A stretch of DNA of 64,000 nt from Bugula neritina (lineage: Eukaryota; Animalia; Bryozoa). The notes beneath the pieces were generated by a model that saw only the letters and a list, made by a program, of their open reading frames with translations, was not told the origin of the DNA and did no database searches. Numbering within the stretch: the first letter of the stretch is position 1; each line of letters starts with the position of its first letter. Positions 37,001 to 49,226 of the stretch are shown here, piece by piece. The stretch is from positions 10,508,633-10,572,632 of the forward strand of contig OZ037769.1 of the NCBI GenBank assembly GCA_964035545.1. Direction: 5' to 3'. Made by a program: the position numbers and the translations under genes.

Positions 37001-38037
37001 TACTTCACACCGGCCATAATGGGATTAACTCCACACTAAGACGTGCCCGCCACACAGTGTTTTGGCTTGGCATCACCAATGACATCAAAAACAATATTGC
37101 TAACTGTCGACAATGTCAACTGGATGCTCCCCGGCAACAGAAGGAAACACTTTTACTCCACACAGTTCCCCAACAACCCTGGACCAAAGTAGGAATTGAC
37201 TTGTTTGAATACAATCACACTCACTACATTACTATTGTTGACTATACGACTGACTACCTTGAATATGACCGACTGGACAACCAAACAGCAGAGGCTGTTA
37301 TCAACTCCATAAAGCGCTGTTTTGGACGCCTGGGAATACCCAGACAGGTTCACACTGACAACGGACCACAGTTTACCTCGCACCAGTTTTCCACTTTCAG
37401 CCAATCATGGAATTTCACACACACCACCAGCTCTCCATATCATCCTCAGTCCAATGGGAAGGCAGAGTCTGCTGTGAAGATAGCCAAACGTATACTCCGC
37501 AGATGTGAAGAGCCCGAACTTGCGTTACTGGAACATCTCAACACCACCAAAGAAGGCCTGACGGCCAGCCCAATTCAGCAACTTATCGGAAGACCCACCA
37601 GGTCAGTACTCCCACAAGTTCGGCCAGAAACAGAGAACAACCAAGGTTGGTGGGAAAAACAGGGCCGCAAGGAAAAACTGCAGCAGAGATGCAATGACGG
37701 TGCAAGAGATTTGGCAGTGCTGAAAGAAGGGCAACCAGTTTTGGTTCGAGACTGGAGTCAGCACCGGAGAAAATGGCAGGAGGCGCAAATTAACAAACAA
37801 TTGAGTAGCAGAGCCTATGCCATACAACTTAACAACAACCTCTTTCGGAGAAACCGGCGAGACATCAGACCACTCGTCACGGAGCCAGCGAGTCCTGAGA
37901 CACCAAAGGATCCTAAACAAAACGCTAGTAGTACCCAGGTTGACACCACCGAGAGCGCTAATCATAGCGACAATCTAAGACGTTCAACCAGAGAACGGAA
38001 GCCACCTAGTTGGATGGCAGACTATGTGCCCTCTTAA
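34087..38037 (+). CDS. Gag-Pol polyprotein (1316 aa)
   Basis: Two zinc knuckles CGNCGGNHPPRAC and CNHCKKFNHFAAYC; protease LDTGA; RT VADD; RNase H QTDAS; integrase HTGH...CRQC, IDLF, TDNG, AESAV. Confidence 0.97.
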   Translation: MEQLLAPKPLADGPNLPEEWKIFKRDFELFLTATSKDTAEGKVKTAYLLRTIGRRGNQIYDSFNWTDNNDKTDYDKVVTQFDDYCKPRINLVAKTHSLLTCKQGNRTIDEFLTELHTIAGLCDLKDMYNRLILQALILGIESDKIRKKLFDLTDFDKAIELCRREEASAIDYKTMTKDNTYGLEQVNLVKHRPPTHQYHSNDTRNTDKHRGQLSHTHSQPNVRKSVGASRCGNCGGNHPPRACPAYGKQCNHCKKFNHFAAYCRSRMHHYRDSTETANQVTWNYSSDSDSQHVSTISTTVRDRKLLAMLTAKQADTIYDIEFQLDTGASCNTLNTIDYDKLGRPKLTPTDTVLTLYDQSKCAPLGWTRIQILNKQGCYTTLKFLVVETTQHSLLSWKSCLHLDLLQMPSTKSENVNFATTDPDLQTLLTNFDDIFTGLGKFEQEYRIELRPEAVPVQVRPRKVPLSMKSDLIKTILELEQRQIIAKVEAPTDWISHLQPVRKPNGKIRICIDPQNLNQAIKRNHAVMPTLEDVLPQLNGAKFFSLCDAKEGFYQIPLAEESTDLTTFWTPIGKYKYLRLPFGIASAPEEFQRRLTENLAGLDGITIVADDILIFGSTRKEHDRNLEALFKRARQTGLRLNKEKSRFLQDELPYIGHILTTNGLKPDPNKVKAILKMKPPSSPQGVKRFLGHITYMSKFISNLASESEPLRRLLTQDNAQDFHWTDDQMNAFNRLKTLLTDSETLQYFDCNKPVTIQTDASNAGVGATLMQGGKPVAYASRSLTKSEQNYVPLELECLAIVFGTERFDQYIFGHHAVTIQTDHKPLVSIFRKSIHKASRRLQAMLLHLQRYPNIKVTWQKGAEQITADLLSRDSYFDSPNYQQLPEHIFHIDSQNNDAPVCDDLIDNIRTATAQDNELMTLTNLIKHDWNIANCTTHDKYKHFQDELSIDNGIVYKGLRAIIPKTLQRKFLQLLHTGHNGINSTLRRARHTVFWLGITNDIKNNIANCRQCQLDAPRQQKETLLLHTVPQQPWTKVGIDLFEYNHTHYITIVDYTTDYLEYDRLDNQTAEAVINSIKRCFGRLGIPRQVHTDNGPQFTSHQFSTFSQSWNFTHTTSSPYHPQSNGKAESAVKIAKRILRRCEEPELALLEHLNTTKEGLTASPIQQLIGRPTRSVLPQVRPETENNQGWWEKQGRKEKLQQRCNDGARDLAVLKEGQPVLVRDWSQHRRKWQEAQINKQLSSRAYAIQLNNNLFRRNRRDIRPLVTEPASPETPKDPKQNASSTQVDTTESANHSDNLRRSTRERKPPSWMADYVPS

Positions 38038-38078
38038 AACAATCATATCTAAATAGCTTTTTTCTATTCTGTGGGAGA

Positions 38079-38310
38079 TGTTCGGTGTTCATGTAAACAT
38101 TTATTTCTAATTTGTTATTTTATTATTTTACTATTTTTTGTCATAATCTTAATAATTAATTGTATCACTTATTGTAATAGTTTTAGTATTTTCGTATATA
38201 TATATTGTGGTAATAAATCACGGCTTCGGCCTCTTACGTTTATCAACTAACTCGAGCACGTTCTGTCTTTTCACGATAGCTGAAATAATATCACAAATCA
38301 ACATAAAACA
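38079..38310 (+). repeat. 3' LTR
   Basis: Direct repeat of 33811-34042. Confidence 0.95.
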
Positions 38311-38400
38311 AAACAATAATGTCAAGTAATAATAGCTATACTTTATGTCATTATATCTGATAAATAAGACACATGTGCACAATATGTTTTAGATAGCACA

Positions 38401-39795
<1,395 letters not shown>

Positions 39796-40921
39796 TCTTA
39801 GTATTTATAACATTAATGACAATACATAGTGTCTTCTTACTGTGGCACTATCTGTATGCTATGAATTACTTTTGCAAGTTGATCATATAGGCTGGTGTTC
39901 TCACAAGGCTACTTTCTAAAGTCGTAGATCTAATTTCTTGTCTGAATTTTTTAACTTGTTTCATGCTTCATTTTGTAAAGGCAGTGTTAGCTTATGTGCT
40001 TCTATTTCAATGTTTGTGATGATTGCCAAGTGTTTGGAAATCAAATCGACTACTTCATACCAGCTTCTAGTAAGATGAACAAATTAGTTTATAAACCATT
40101 CATCTTTAATCTACAATAAATATTTATTATATATGTGAATCAATTAATTCTGATTTCAACAACCAGTAAGATGTGGTATTCGTAACATCGTGTTACGAAG
40201 TGTAAGATGGAAAACTGTGTTTCTTGAGTTTATATAAAATTACATTTTAGCTGCATTCTACCCTGTGCCAGGAGCAAACATTACTTTTATACATGTCTAT
40301 CACCAGTAGAACATACAACCTGTTGGCATCATGTTGGCAAGCTGTATGGTTGAGAGACAGAGTAGCAGATCTTATTAGAAACTCATTCTGTAGTACCACA
40401 TGGTACTTACCATGTGGTTTACCATTATAAGAGTAATACAGCCCTAATCAGCAAGTTGAGCTATAATTTAATTTCACATCTTTAACACTTGATGACAATT
40501 TATTTGAAAATAGCAACTGAAAAGGTTTTTAAATGGTTTAACTGCATAAATCAAATAGGTTTGCCTAGAAAATCAAAATTGATCAACATTTATAGTGTGA
40601 ACACGGCATATGCCATAGTACTATGTGTGAGATTGACGAGAGAACAGCTACAATTTTCTAGTATTTCAAATTCAAACTCAATATGACCATTGGCCTTGAA
40701 CAATTGTGCTGGCTCTATTACTTTCTGCATGAGTTTAAAGTCATTAGTCTCATGTAAAGTAATCTTTTTCAATTCAGTTTTTAAACCACCTATAGCTAAA
40801 CCTAATAGTTCAGTTTCAGTTAACTTGATTTGTGACCGTGCACTTTCTCTTAATGTCATACATCGTGACTTGACTTGTGTCAACATATTTTACGGAAAGC
40901 TCTGCATTTGAAAATGAAAAT

Positions 40922-43900
40922 ATGATAATGCCTACATCAAACATTCTGGTTGCTTTAACTTGGCTCTTGGTTTTCCACTTGACATACTGTGACATTCCAA
41001 GTTGTAGTGTTAATGGAGTTTGGATTCCTTTGGCCCAGGTAACTTCTGATCGAACTGACGTCAATGTATTTTCTACTTACTTTTGTCTAGCTACAGCACG
41101 TAAGTAAATATTTTTGCCATTAAAATTATGTTGCCAATTCATTTTCAGTTTGGATTTCTCATGGGTATAAAAAAAACCTTTATAATCTCTACAGTGACTA
41201 CAGTATTTAGTAGATAAACTCTGCAATATAAAATTGACTCGTATAATTTTTTCAGCTAGTGGTACCAAATATAACTGGGGTGAAGCTAGTGGAGTATGCA
41301 ACAAGAATAAAGGCTTTCTTTTGTATTCCTTTCGCTACACCCACCTCAGATCTATTCTTGAGAGCTATAGAAAAGAATTGACCGACTCAGGAGTGACTAT
41401 TACTTCTGTAAGCTTCCATTCTTCTGTATGAACTAGTATGTTTCATTACTTTTTCTTCTTGATTTTATCATTTCGCGGCTGTATTGCGTGTATCTCAGGA
41501 TTCTGTAATATTTATTAGGCACCATTGAGTAAGAGAATGATTTTCTTGGCATTGCATGATTACGAGGAAGAAGGAAATTACCAATCAGACATGAGGTTCT
41601 TATTTAATAGGAATACACCGTTCAGCTCCTACATAAATCAATCCAGTGATTCACAAATGGCACGGATTCATGCTGCCACCCGAGGCATTTTTCCTAATGG
41701 CTATACTTCTCTATGGAACCCCCAGGAAGGTAATATATGGTGATACTGAAATATGACAAGTGGTCATGCTAGTGTTTAGAATAACTTATTGCATGTTCTA
41801 CCAATTTGAGTACAGAAAAATGAGCATCTCGGATAGGTATTCAAGACTGTAAACCACTCAATTCCTTTAGCAGCGTGGAGCCTACTCTACAGGCTTTGTG
41901 CTGTACAAGTACAGTTGCACTCTGTTGTAAAATATTTTACTACATCTTGTGATAAATTCAATAGACAAATGCGTGTATACTGTATTGTATTAATGGCTGC
42001 TTAAGAATGTCAAGCTGTACACTTGAAGGTAAGCTCCTTCCTCAGTTGATAGCCTCTGAAACAAACACTGAAGATAAAGACTGTTTGGCTGCTGTAATAG
42101 AGGCTGGAGATATACACCAGGAATGGGTTAACTGCAGAGATACTAAGGCCGAGTAAGTTCTTTTAATCTTACTGTATTATAAGGCCTTTCTAGAGCTAGG
42201 GAGTTGATGAATAAATACTCCTTACTGTGTATATATGAGTCACTGACAACCTGGGATGTATAAAAGTTGATTTTAGGTAAAAATTGACACTAGTAAAATG
42301 GCACAGGTAAACATGGCACCGTAAAAATGGCACAAATGGAAAAGTAGGTAAAAACCTTAAACTCAAACCCCCATCTCTAAACCACCACCCAAAACCCTAA
42401 TATTGAAAGCTGACATTTGTACCTGTGCCATTTTTACCGGACACCATAAAGGTTACAAAATGGCTGTTTTGTAGTCAAGTCATTTGTGTGAGAGAAGGAA
42501 ACAGCTCTCTGAGTAGTACGCCATGCTTCCTCAGCTATTCCTACCACCAACTAACAACCAACACTCAATCTCTTGCTCTTGCTATCATACCAGATATTAA
42601 GGAAATCAGAGTAAGTCTATTTCTTAACGTAGTCTTCTCAGGTTTGGCGCTAAATTCACTATAATCTTTAATTTAGCTGCCAGGATTTAGTTTGTGAAAG
42701 TTTACTTTTTCCTGAACTTATGTTTGGTATATTTAAAGAGCATGACTGATTTATAAATTTTAGTTATTTTTCGATTTTATTTTAAAGTCATATCTTTAGC
42801 TACGCTCTGTGTTTCCATGGCTTCGAATTATGCGAATGGGTGCTTGTAGTGGATAAATTTGTGGTTGCGGTTTGTAGTTTGCATGAACTTATGGTTTTAT
42901 TTGGTGCAACCTTTTCCAAACATTGAATAAAAAATTCATTCAAATTATCTGAAGCTTGGTGAGAGCTTGCTGTGTTAGGGCCAATATATTTATCTTAAAT
43001 AGAAATGTCATTAGATTTTGGCCTTCAATTATATTTCCCATGTACGAATGCAGAAGTAGTAAAATCAGGAGCAGTAGTGGAGAATTTTTAACAGTCTAAT
43101 TTTTACCTAAAAATTAGAAGAACTTCTTTTTCCTGCTTACATATGTAGATAACTAAAAAACTTGACTACTTATTCAGCAAATGCTTCTATGGAGAAATTG
43201 TCTTTACATGTAACCTATAGATTATAATTTGCTGTTGCACTAACTTCAAGTGAACATGTAGTCTGAATGACTTAAGGTAGATAAGCTGTACACAACTGAC
43301 TCTTGCTGTAGTTCTTGTATGCAGAGAGTGTGGCGAATGCAAAGAGACTCTGGCTGAGAACTAATGGTGACGCTGCTAAGTTCCTATTACCACGCCGGAA
43401 TACCATCTACTTCTTAGTGCTGTGTAAACCTGGCTGGTTTGTTTCTGACCTTCTCTTTGCCGTTGAAACGCTTTCATGTTACGATATCAGCCGGAATAGT
43501 CGGTAAGACAGGCTTTCAAAGTTAGTTTAATTCTTTAACCCCTTGTGGTTCTTTTCAGCAAGAATTGTGTCTTTTGTATCACAAATCAGTATGGCGGGTT
43601 GCGGTGTGTGGCTTAGTAGATCATTTTTATCACAGTACTCTTAATTAAGTAACATGTTTCAAGTGACTGGACTTTTTACTAAATCTAACGCTGAAGAGAC
43701 GAAAATAATTTTTTTATTCTTTTGTTAGTATAAGTTATAACCGTGACCATGGTTATAACTTATAATAAAATATATTATACATAATTCTTTTCTTTCATTT
43801 AGTATTTAATGATTCTTACTGTTATCCATTACCTCTAGTAACTGTTTGGTGCACTGATTCCATTAAATTACCAATATCATAGTAATTGAAGAGTTCAACA

Positions 43901-46900
43901 ACAAGTTAGATTCAATTGCAAACATAAAATTGTATTATTGTATGCATGTATGTAGTGTACAGTATGTATGTATGTAGTAACTAGTATACAGTGTGTATGT
44001 ATGTAGTGTACAATATGGTATTGGTATGTATGTAGGGTAAAATTTGTATTATTGTGACATAACTATATAAAATATGTATTATTTTGTGTCTAAATATTAT
44101 AATATAATTGTATTTATACTGTAATATAATAGCTCTGCTAATTGCATGGTACATGAGTTTCTGTAGCTAACAGACTTGTCAATCTACTCTAGGACATCTG
44201 GCCGGGCCACTCTCTGTTCATACTATCAAGGCTGCGTGAGCACTGACGGGGAGAAGGCCTTACATAAGGGAACTCACATAGATAGATGTAATGCACAAGG
44301 CTATTGCTATTCTCAGATGCATAACAATACTTATGGCACAACGTCCTGTACATGTCAACTAGGTAGCTACTCATCTCTTATGAATATTCAGTAGGGTTTA
44401 TAATAGTCTCAGTTTTCTTTAAGTTGTTATAACATAGTTTAACAAATAATTTAATTTATATTATAATACTCAAAGTTAAAAGTACCATGTAAAAGAAAGA
44501 GGGTTATTAAAATATTCCTCACCCCTTTTGTTTGCAAGGGTTGTGAGATTTATCAACTGAAACTGTAATACGATTGATGAATGCAGTAGCATTTATTGTA
44601 CCATTATGTTGGTAGAGGCTTCTAATCAAAGCAGGAAATAAATTGTACAATAGATTATTACTTCGTCCCCATACTTCTCGGAAAACTTTTTCTTTCATTG
44701 CAATAGAACAGTGTCAATCGAAATCACAACCATAAATTATTACAAGGCGACTGCAATTTCACCTGTAGGAGCCTCTCGTACAAATCACCATTCGATGCAT
44801 GGGAGCGTAGTGTATGAATAACAAACCGCAATACTTTATATATGATTACATAAACTAGTATTTCGACTACACAGGGTATTCTGGTTATACATGTAATGAA
44901 ACTGATTATGATCCATGCAATGACTCCACTAACCCAAATCCCTGCGGAGAGGGACAAAAATGTGTGGTAAGTTGGGAAACATATGCTAACATCAAGTATT
45001 TCTCTGTTGAAGTTACATACACTATTAGCATGTTAGATAAATGCAAGTCTGATTTTTCAGTACTTTAACTCTATTACTTGACATTGGTTAGTTCAAACGA
45101 GAATTTTTTCCATAAAGTTTAAGGGAGCAACAAGTTTTTCCCGTTTGTAGCAGCCGTGGTCTAGGGGTCAGAGCCGTGGTCTAGGGGTCAGAGCGTGGTC
45201 TAGGGGTTAGAGCGTTTGCCTAGTAAGCGCGAAGTCATTGGTTAAGCCCTGACAAAGGCCATTGGTGATGCTACAGAGAGCATCCAGTCATAATTGCTCC
45301 TGTGATATACATGAATAAGTCTTTAGCCGTTCTAAGAAGAGGGCCTCTCAAAGAGATGGCAACTATAATATTGCATGAATTTCTTTTAAAGTTTCTCAGT
45401 TGGAATGTGTTACTGTTTATTGAGTGGCATAAATAAAGTAGTGTGATGACATGCTGTCTGTAGAGTATGCAACATGATTATCACTGTGAATGTGTGGGGA
45501 GATTGTCATACAACAAGTACAGCTGTCCTATTGACATAGATGAGTGTGCTAACAGTCCCTGTAAGAACAATGCTACATGCATAGATGGACTCAACACTTT
45601 CTTTTGTGAATGTCAAAGTAGGTGTCTACATAATATTTGTAAGTGAAGATAGTAGGTGTAGATAGTAACTGTAGATAGTAACTGTAGATAGTAAGTGTAG
45701 ATAGTAAGTGTAGATAGTAAGTGTAGATATAGTAACTGTGGAGAGTAATTGTAGATAGCAGCTGTAGATAATAAGTGTAGATATTAAATGTATATATAGT
45801 AACTGGGGATAGCAAGTGTAGATAGTAACTGTAGCAAGTAACGGTAGATAGTAAATGTAAATAGAAACTGTAGATAGAAACTGTAGATGATACCACTGCG
45901 ACAGTTACTGTAACACTGGCTTGGCTCATGCACAGCAGTCTGTTGACTAAATTCATATTTTGCTATTCACTGTATATACTCTGCTGTTTATAAATAAAAG
46001 AGTTAGTGAAAGGTTCCAAGCAAATAGTCTATAAGAATGGTACTGAGGCGTACTGGACTGGCACACTCTGTGACCTTGACCCTGTGAACTCTTGCGGTCC
46101 AATCAATCCATGCCAGGGCTTCCCCAACACGGACTATCTCAAGCTATATGGCAGTACACCATATGGAACCTGTGAAGACCTACTAGATGGGTGAGCTCAC
46201 ACATGTTCACTTGTTTCTTGACTTTCTACTCTCTGCATGCTAGAAAGCTGCCCTCACCAAATTTCTTTGAGATATTTTTATATAAAACTGATATATGAAC
46301 GATTGAGCTAGTTAAAAATTTGTAAATCTGTGAGCTTTATATTGGACTGCTGTGAACATTATTAAGGGATAAGGGCGACTGTTTTGACATGTCAAAATTG
46401 AACCCAGGACAACAATCCTATTAACCTGGGAGTATTTTTAGCACAAGCATGTTGTTTGTTGTAAAATCATCATCATATCCAATAGACACTAAAAAAAGGT
46501 TATGGTTTCACACGTGTTAACTAGCTGCTACTGCAAGTCTAAGCTTTTAATACCATTGTTCATGAAAACAGTCTAGTCCCTATACTCTGGTAATTCCTGA
46601 GGTAGGTGCAGTAATGGAGAAATTTAGAAAAGCCTTGGTTTTAGATTAAAAATGTAGCAAAAAAGTTGTGTTTTTGCAAGAATTTCAACCTGTGCCCCAA
46701 ACCAAAAAATTTTATAAAAAAAACTTGAGGAATCTCAATTTCAATCTTAATTTCCCCGCTACTGCTCCTAAATGTAGTTCCCATCAGAATAGCCAAGAGG
46801 TCAGCGAAAGTCAACTGTTGCTGGTAGTGTTGGCAGCGCAACTAGTTTCCTAAAAACAGTAAAAGTCCCATCTTTTTAAATGTGGATTGATATTCTTTTG

Positions 46901-49226
46901 CAGGCTAATAATTTAATTCTTTATCGTTTGAAATGCAGACTCGTATCTGAAACTTGTTAAATGTGTAGTGCAATCAGTGTGATTTAAAAATATGAATATG
47001 TAAACTTTTTGTAAAGAAAATTATTTTTACTAGCGGCAAATCACATTCATGACACAATTCTTTCTAATTCAGGCCATTTTCCAGACCATTTTCATACCAT
47101 TAGACGTAAAGTCACTTTATGCAAGTGCCTAATATCCTATAGACTCAGCCTGTATAGACTGTGTGCTGCATATTACAGATTCCGGTGTGCGTGTGACTAC
47201 CCATGGAGTGGTGACAGATGTCACGAATATGATAAAAATGATATAGTGCAGGCTATTACTGGGAATAAACGAATTCTTATATACATTTACCTGGTCATCT
47301 TCATTATATTCAACTTTGCCTGTATGTTACTAACTTTGTTACGGAGGAGAGAAATCACACAAGGTATGTTATTCGTGCTTACATCATACCTAAACTTCTG
47401 CATGTTATTTCATACATATTGTACTTCCTTTACAGTAGATTTTATACTTACACTACAGTAGATACTATACTTACACTACAGTAGATAGTATGCTTACACT
47501 ACAGTAGATAGTATGCTTACACTACAGTACATACTATGCTTACACTACAGTAGATACTATACTTACACTACAGTACATACTATACTTACATGTAATATTA
47601 TGCTCGCACATGTTTAATACTTATAAGAAAGTAGAAACTATAATCTTGGTGTTGTTAGATAAAAGGTCGATGTATCATTTCCTAACTTCAAGGTAGATGC
47701 AGATTTGATGATCTTGAGCAATGTGCTTAACATCTACATTATGTAGTTTTCAATGTCAACATGTTCTGCTGCATCATGAAACAAGAGAGACAGTTTTAAT
47801 ATAAGAAATAAAGTAATAAAGGCCATGATTACACACAAGTGTGTAGTATTCTCACGGATTCTTTACATTCAGGAAGCTATCACACAGATGAAATGATCAT
47901 CTCTGTATATGAATCTCAGAAGAGAGAAGAAAGAGATAAGCTGATGCAGTTTGTGGAGGAGGCTGCTTACAGCTCAGATGAGGAAGACACAGCAAGATCT
48001 AAGTCTAAGAGGTCACACTCATCTACTGCTGTATGTATAGCCTGTGGTCCTAAACTTGGGCTCCAATTACTTTCAGTATCCTCTACAAGTTTATCTATTA
48101 TATTTAGTGCAAAAGTTTTTCTGGGTGCCGTTTCATTTATATTATGTGGCTGATGTTAAGTTATAATCGCGCTGGTGTCAAAATTCTGTGACATCATAAC
48201 TGGAATGGCAATAGCTTAGGGAAAGCTCATGTAGGATATCAACTGTTTAGCTTTAATAATGCATGTACCTTGTTCACTTGCATCAGTCTGTCAAGATGAC
48301 TTGCAACCATATATCACCAGTCTATATGATGTTATAGCCTGTACTGTATGCAGTCATATGCAATCAGTCTATGATGTCTGAACTGTTTTGCAGAGACGAA
48401 ACACGGAGCCCCTGGGAGGACAGGCCCGAATAACAGAGTCGCAGATCTCCGCAGGGTCCAGATCTCGTGTGTCCGTCCCATCTGCTGCTTCACCGAGTGG
48501 TGTCTTGCTGCAATGTAAGCTATCTCTTTTCCTCCCTCTTTAGAATGTGAAACAATTTCTATAGCAGAATAAAAAGTTTAATATGAAATGAAAGTGCCAT
48601 TTGCATACTTTTGTTGGTACGATATGTTTAACTTGGCCTCTGTTTGAGAATACTGAATGCATATAAATTGTTTGGTCAACAGATTGCATCTTGCAGTTAT
48701 ACAAGCGATTATATAAGCTGACTGTTATAGAAATAGTTGATGTGTTTTTAGCTCAAGCAGATAATATATCGTATACAAGTAATACGAGCAACACAGGATC
48801 TGGAAGGAAAGTGGGTGAGTACAATATATGTTGTTAATACACTCTGCACCTCTAAATGTATATTATATTACATATGATAGTACAAGTATCCTATTACATA
48901 ATGTGATACTTGTACTAGTATATTACATATGATTGTACAGGTAGCATATATAATATTATAATACCTCTCCAATCACATGGACATTTACTTCCACACAAAT
49001 ACATAAAATGCTATTACATATAATACAGTCATATAAGATATTGTGCTGTACCAAATATGATGTACCACAAATCAAGTATTCATTACTTATATAGTATAAT
49101 TGACTGCTACACATACTGACATCCAAACATGTAACATGCTGCTCAATTTAATCCTGTTACTCAGGTACTGTTATCATGTGTCTTGCAGGTAGGAAAAAGA
49201 GAGGAAAGTTGAAAGGTCGAAGATGA
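40922..49226 (+). CDS. Type I membrane protein: signal peptide, C-type-lectin-like domain, about 4 EGF repeats, TM helix, cytoplasmic tail (about 15 exons)
   Basis: Signal peptide ILVALTWLLVFHLTYC. CTL motifs NWGEASGVC, IFLALHD, EDKDC...WVNC...VIC. EGF exons at 44193-44362, 44875-44966, 45464-45617 (DIDECANSPCKNNATCIDGLNTFFCEC) and 46028-46190. TM ILIYIYLVIFIIFNFACMLLTLL-RRR. Stop after GRKKRGKLKGRR. Confidence 0.82.
42276..42440. mobile_element. Short TIR element with (GGTAAAAATGGCACA)n terminal repeats, copy 1
   Basis: Tandem 14-15-mers on the left and inverted TGTGCCATTTTTACC on the right; related to 51674-51936. Confidence 0.6.
45149..45382 (+). mobile_element. tRNA-derived SINE, copy 3, with a triplicated 5' end
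   Basis: (GCCGTGGTCTAGGGGTCAGA)x3 followed by the family body. Confidence 0.8.
45640..45890. repeat. 13-bp minisatellite (GTAGATAGTAACT/GT)n
   Basis: Degenerate tandem copies just downstream of the donor at 45618. Confidence 0.85.
47432..47590. repeat. Minisatellite (CTTACACTACAGTAGATACTATA)n
   Basis: About 6-7 copies visible. Confidence 0.85.

Larger units (their letters stand above)
33811..38315 (+). mobile_element. Complete Ty3/Gypsy (Mag-like) LTR retrotransposon
   Basis: LTRs at 33811-34042 and 38079-38310, PBS TGGTGCCCCGAGT at 34043, short PPT GGGAGA before the 3' LTR, a single gag-pol ORF, and candidate TSD ATAAT. Confidence 0.96.

Noticed and set aside
43728-43764. Small AT-rich hairpins here and at about 48878-48918
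   Set aside because: Short, isolated palindromes with no TSD or second copy seen; too little evidence for a call.
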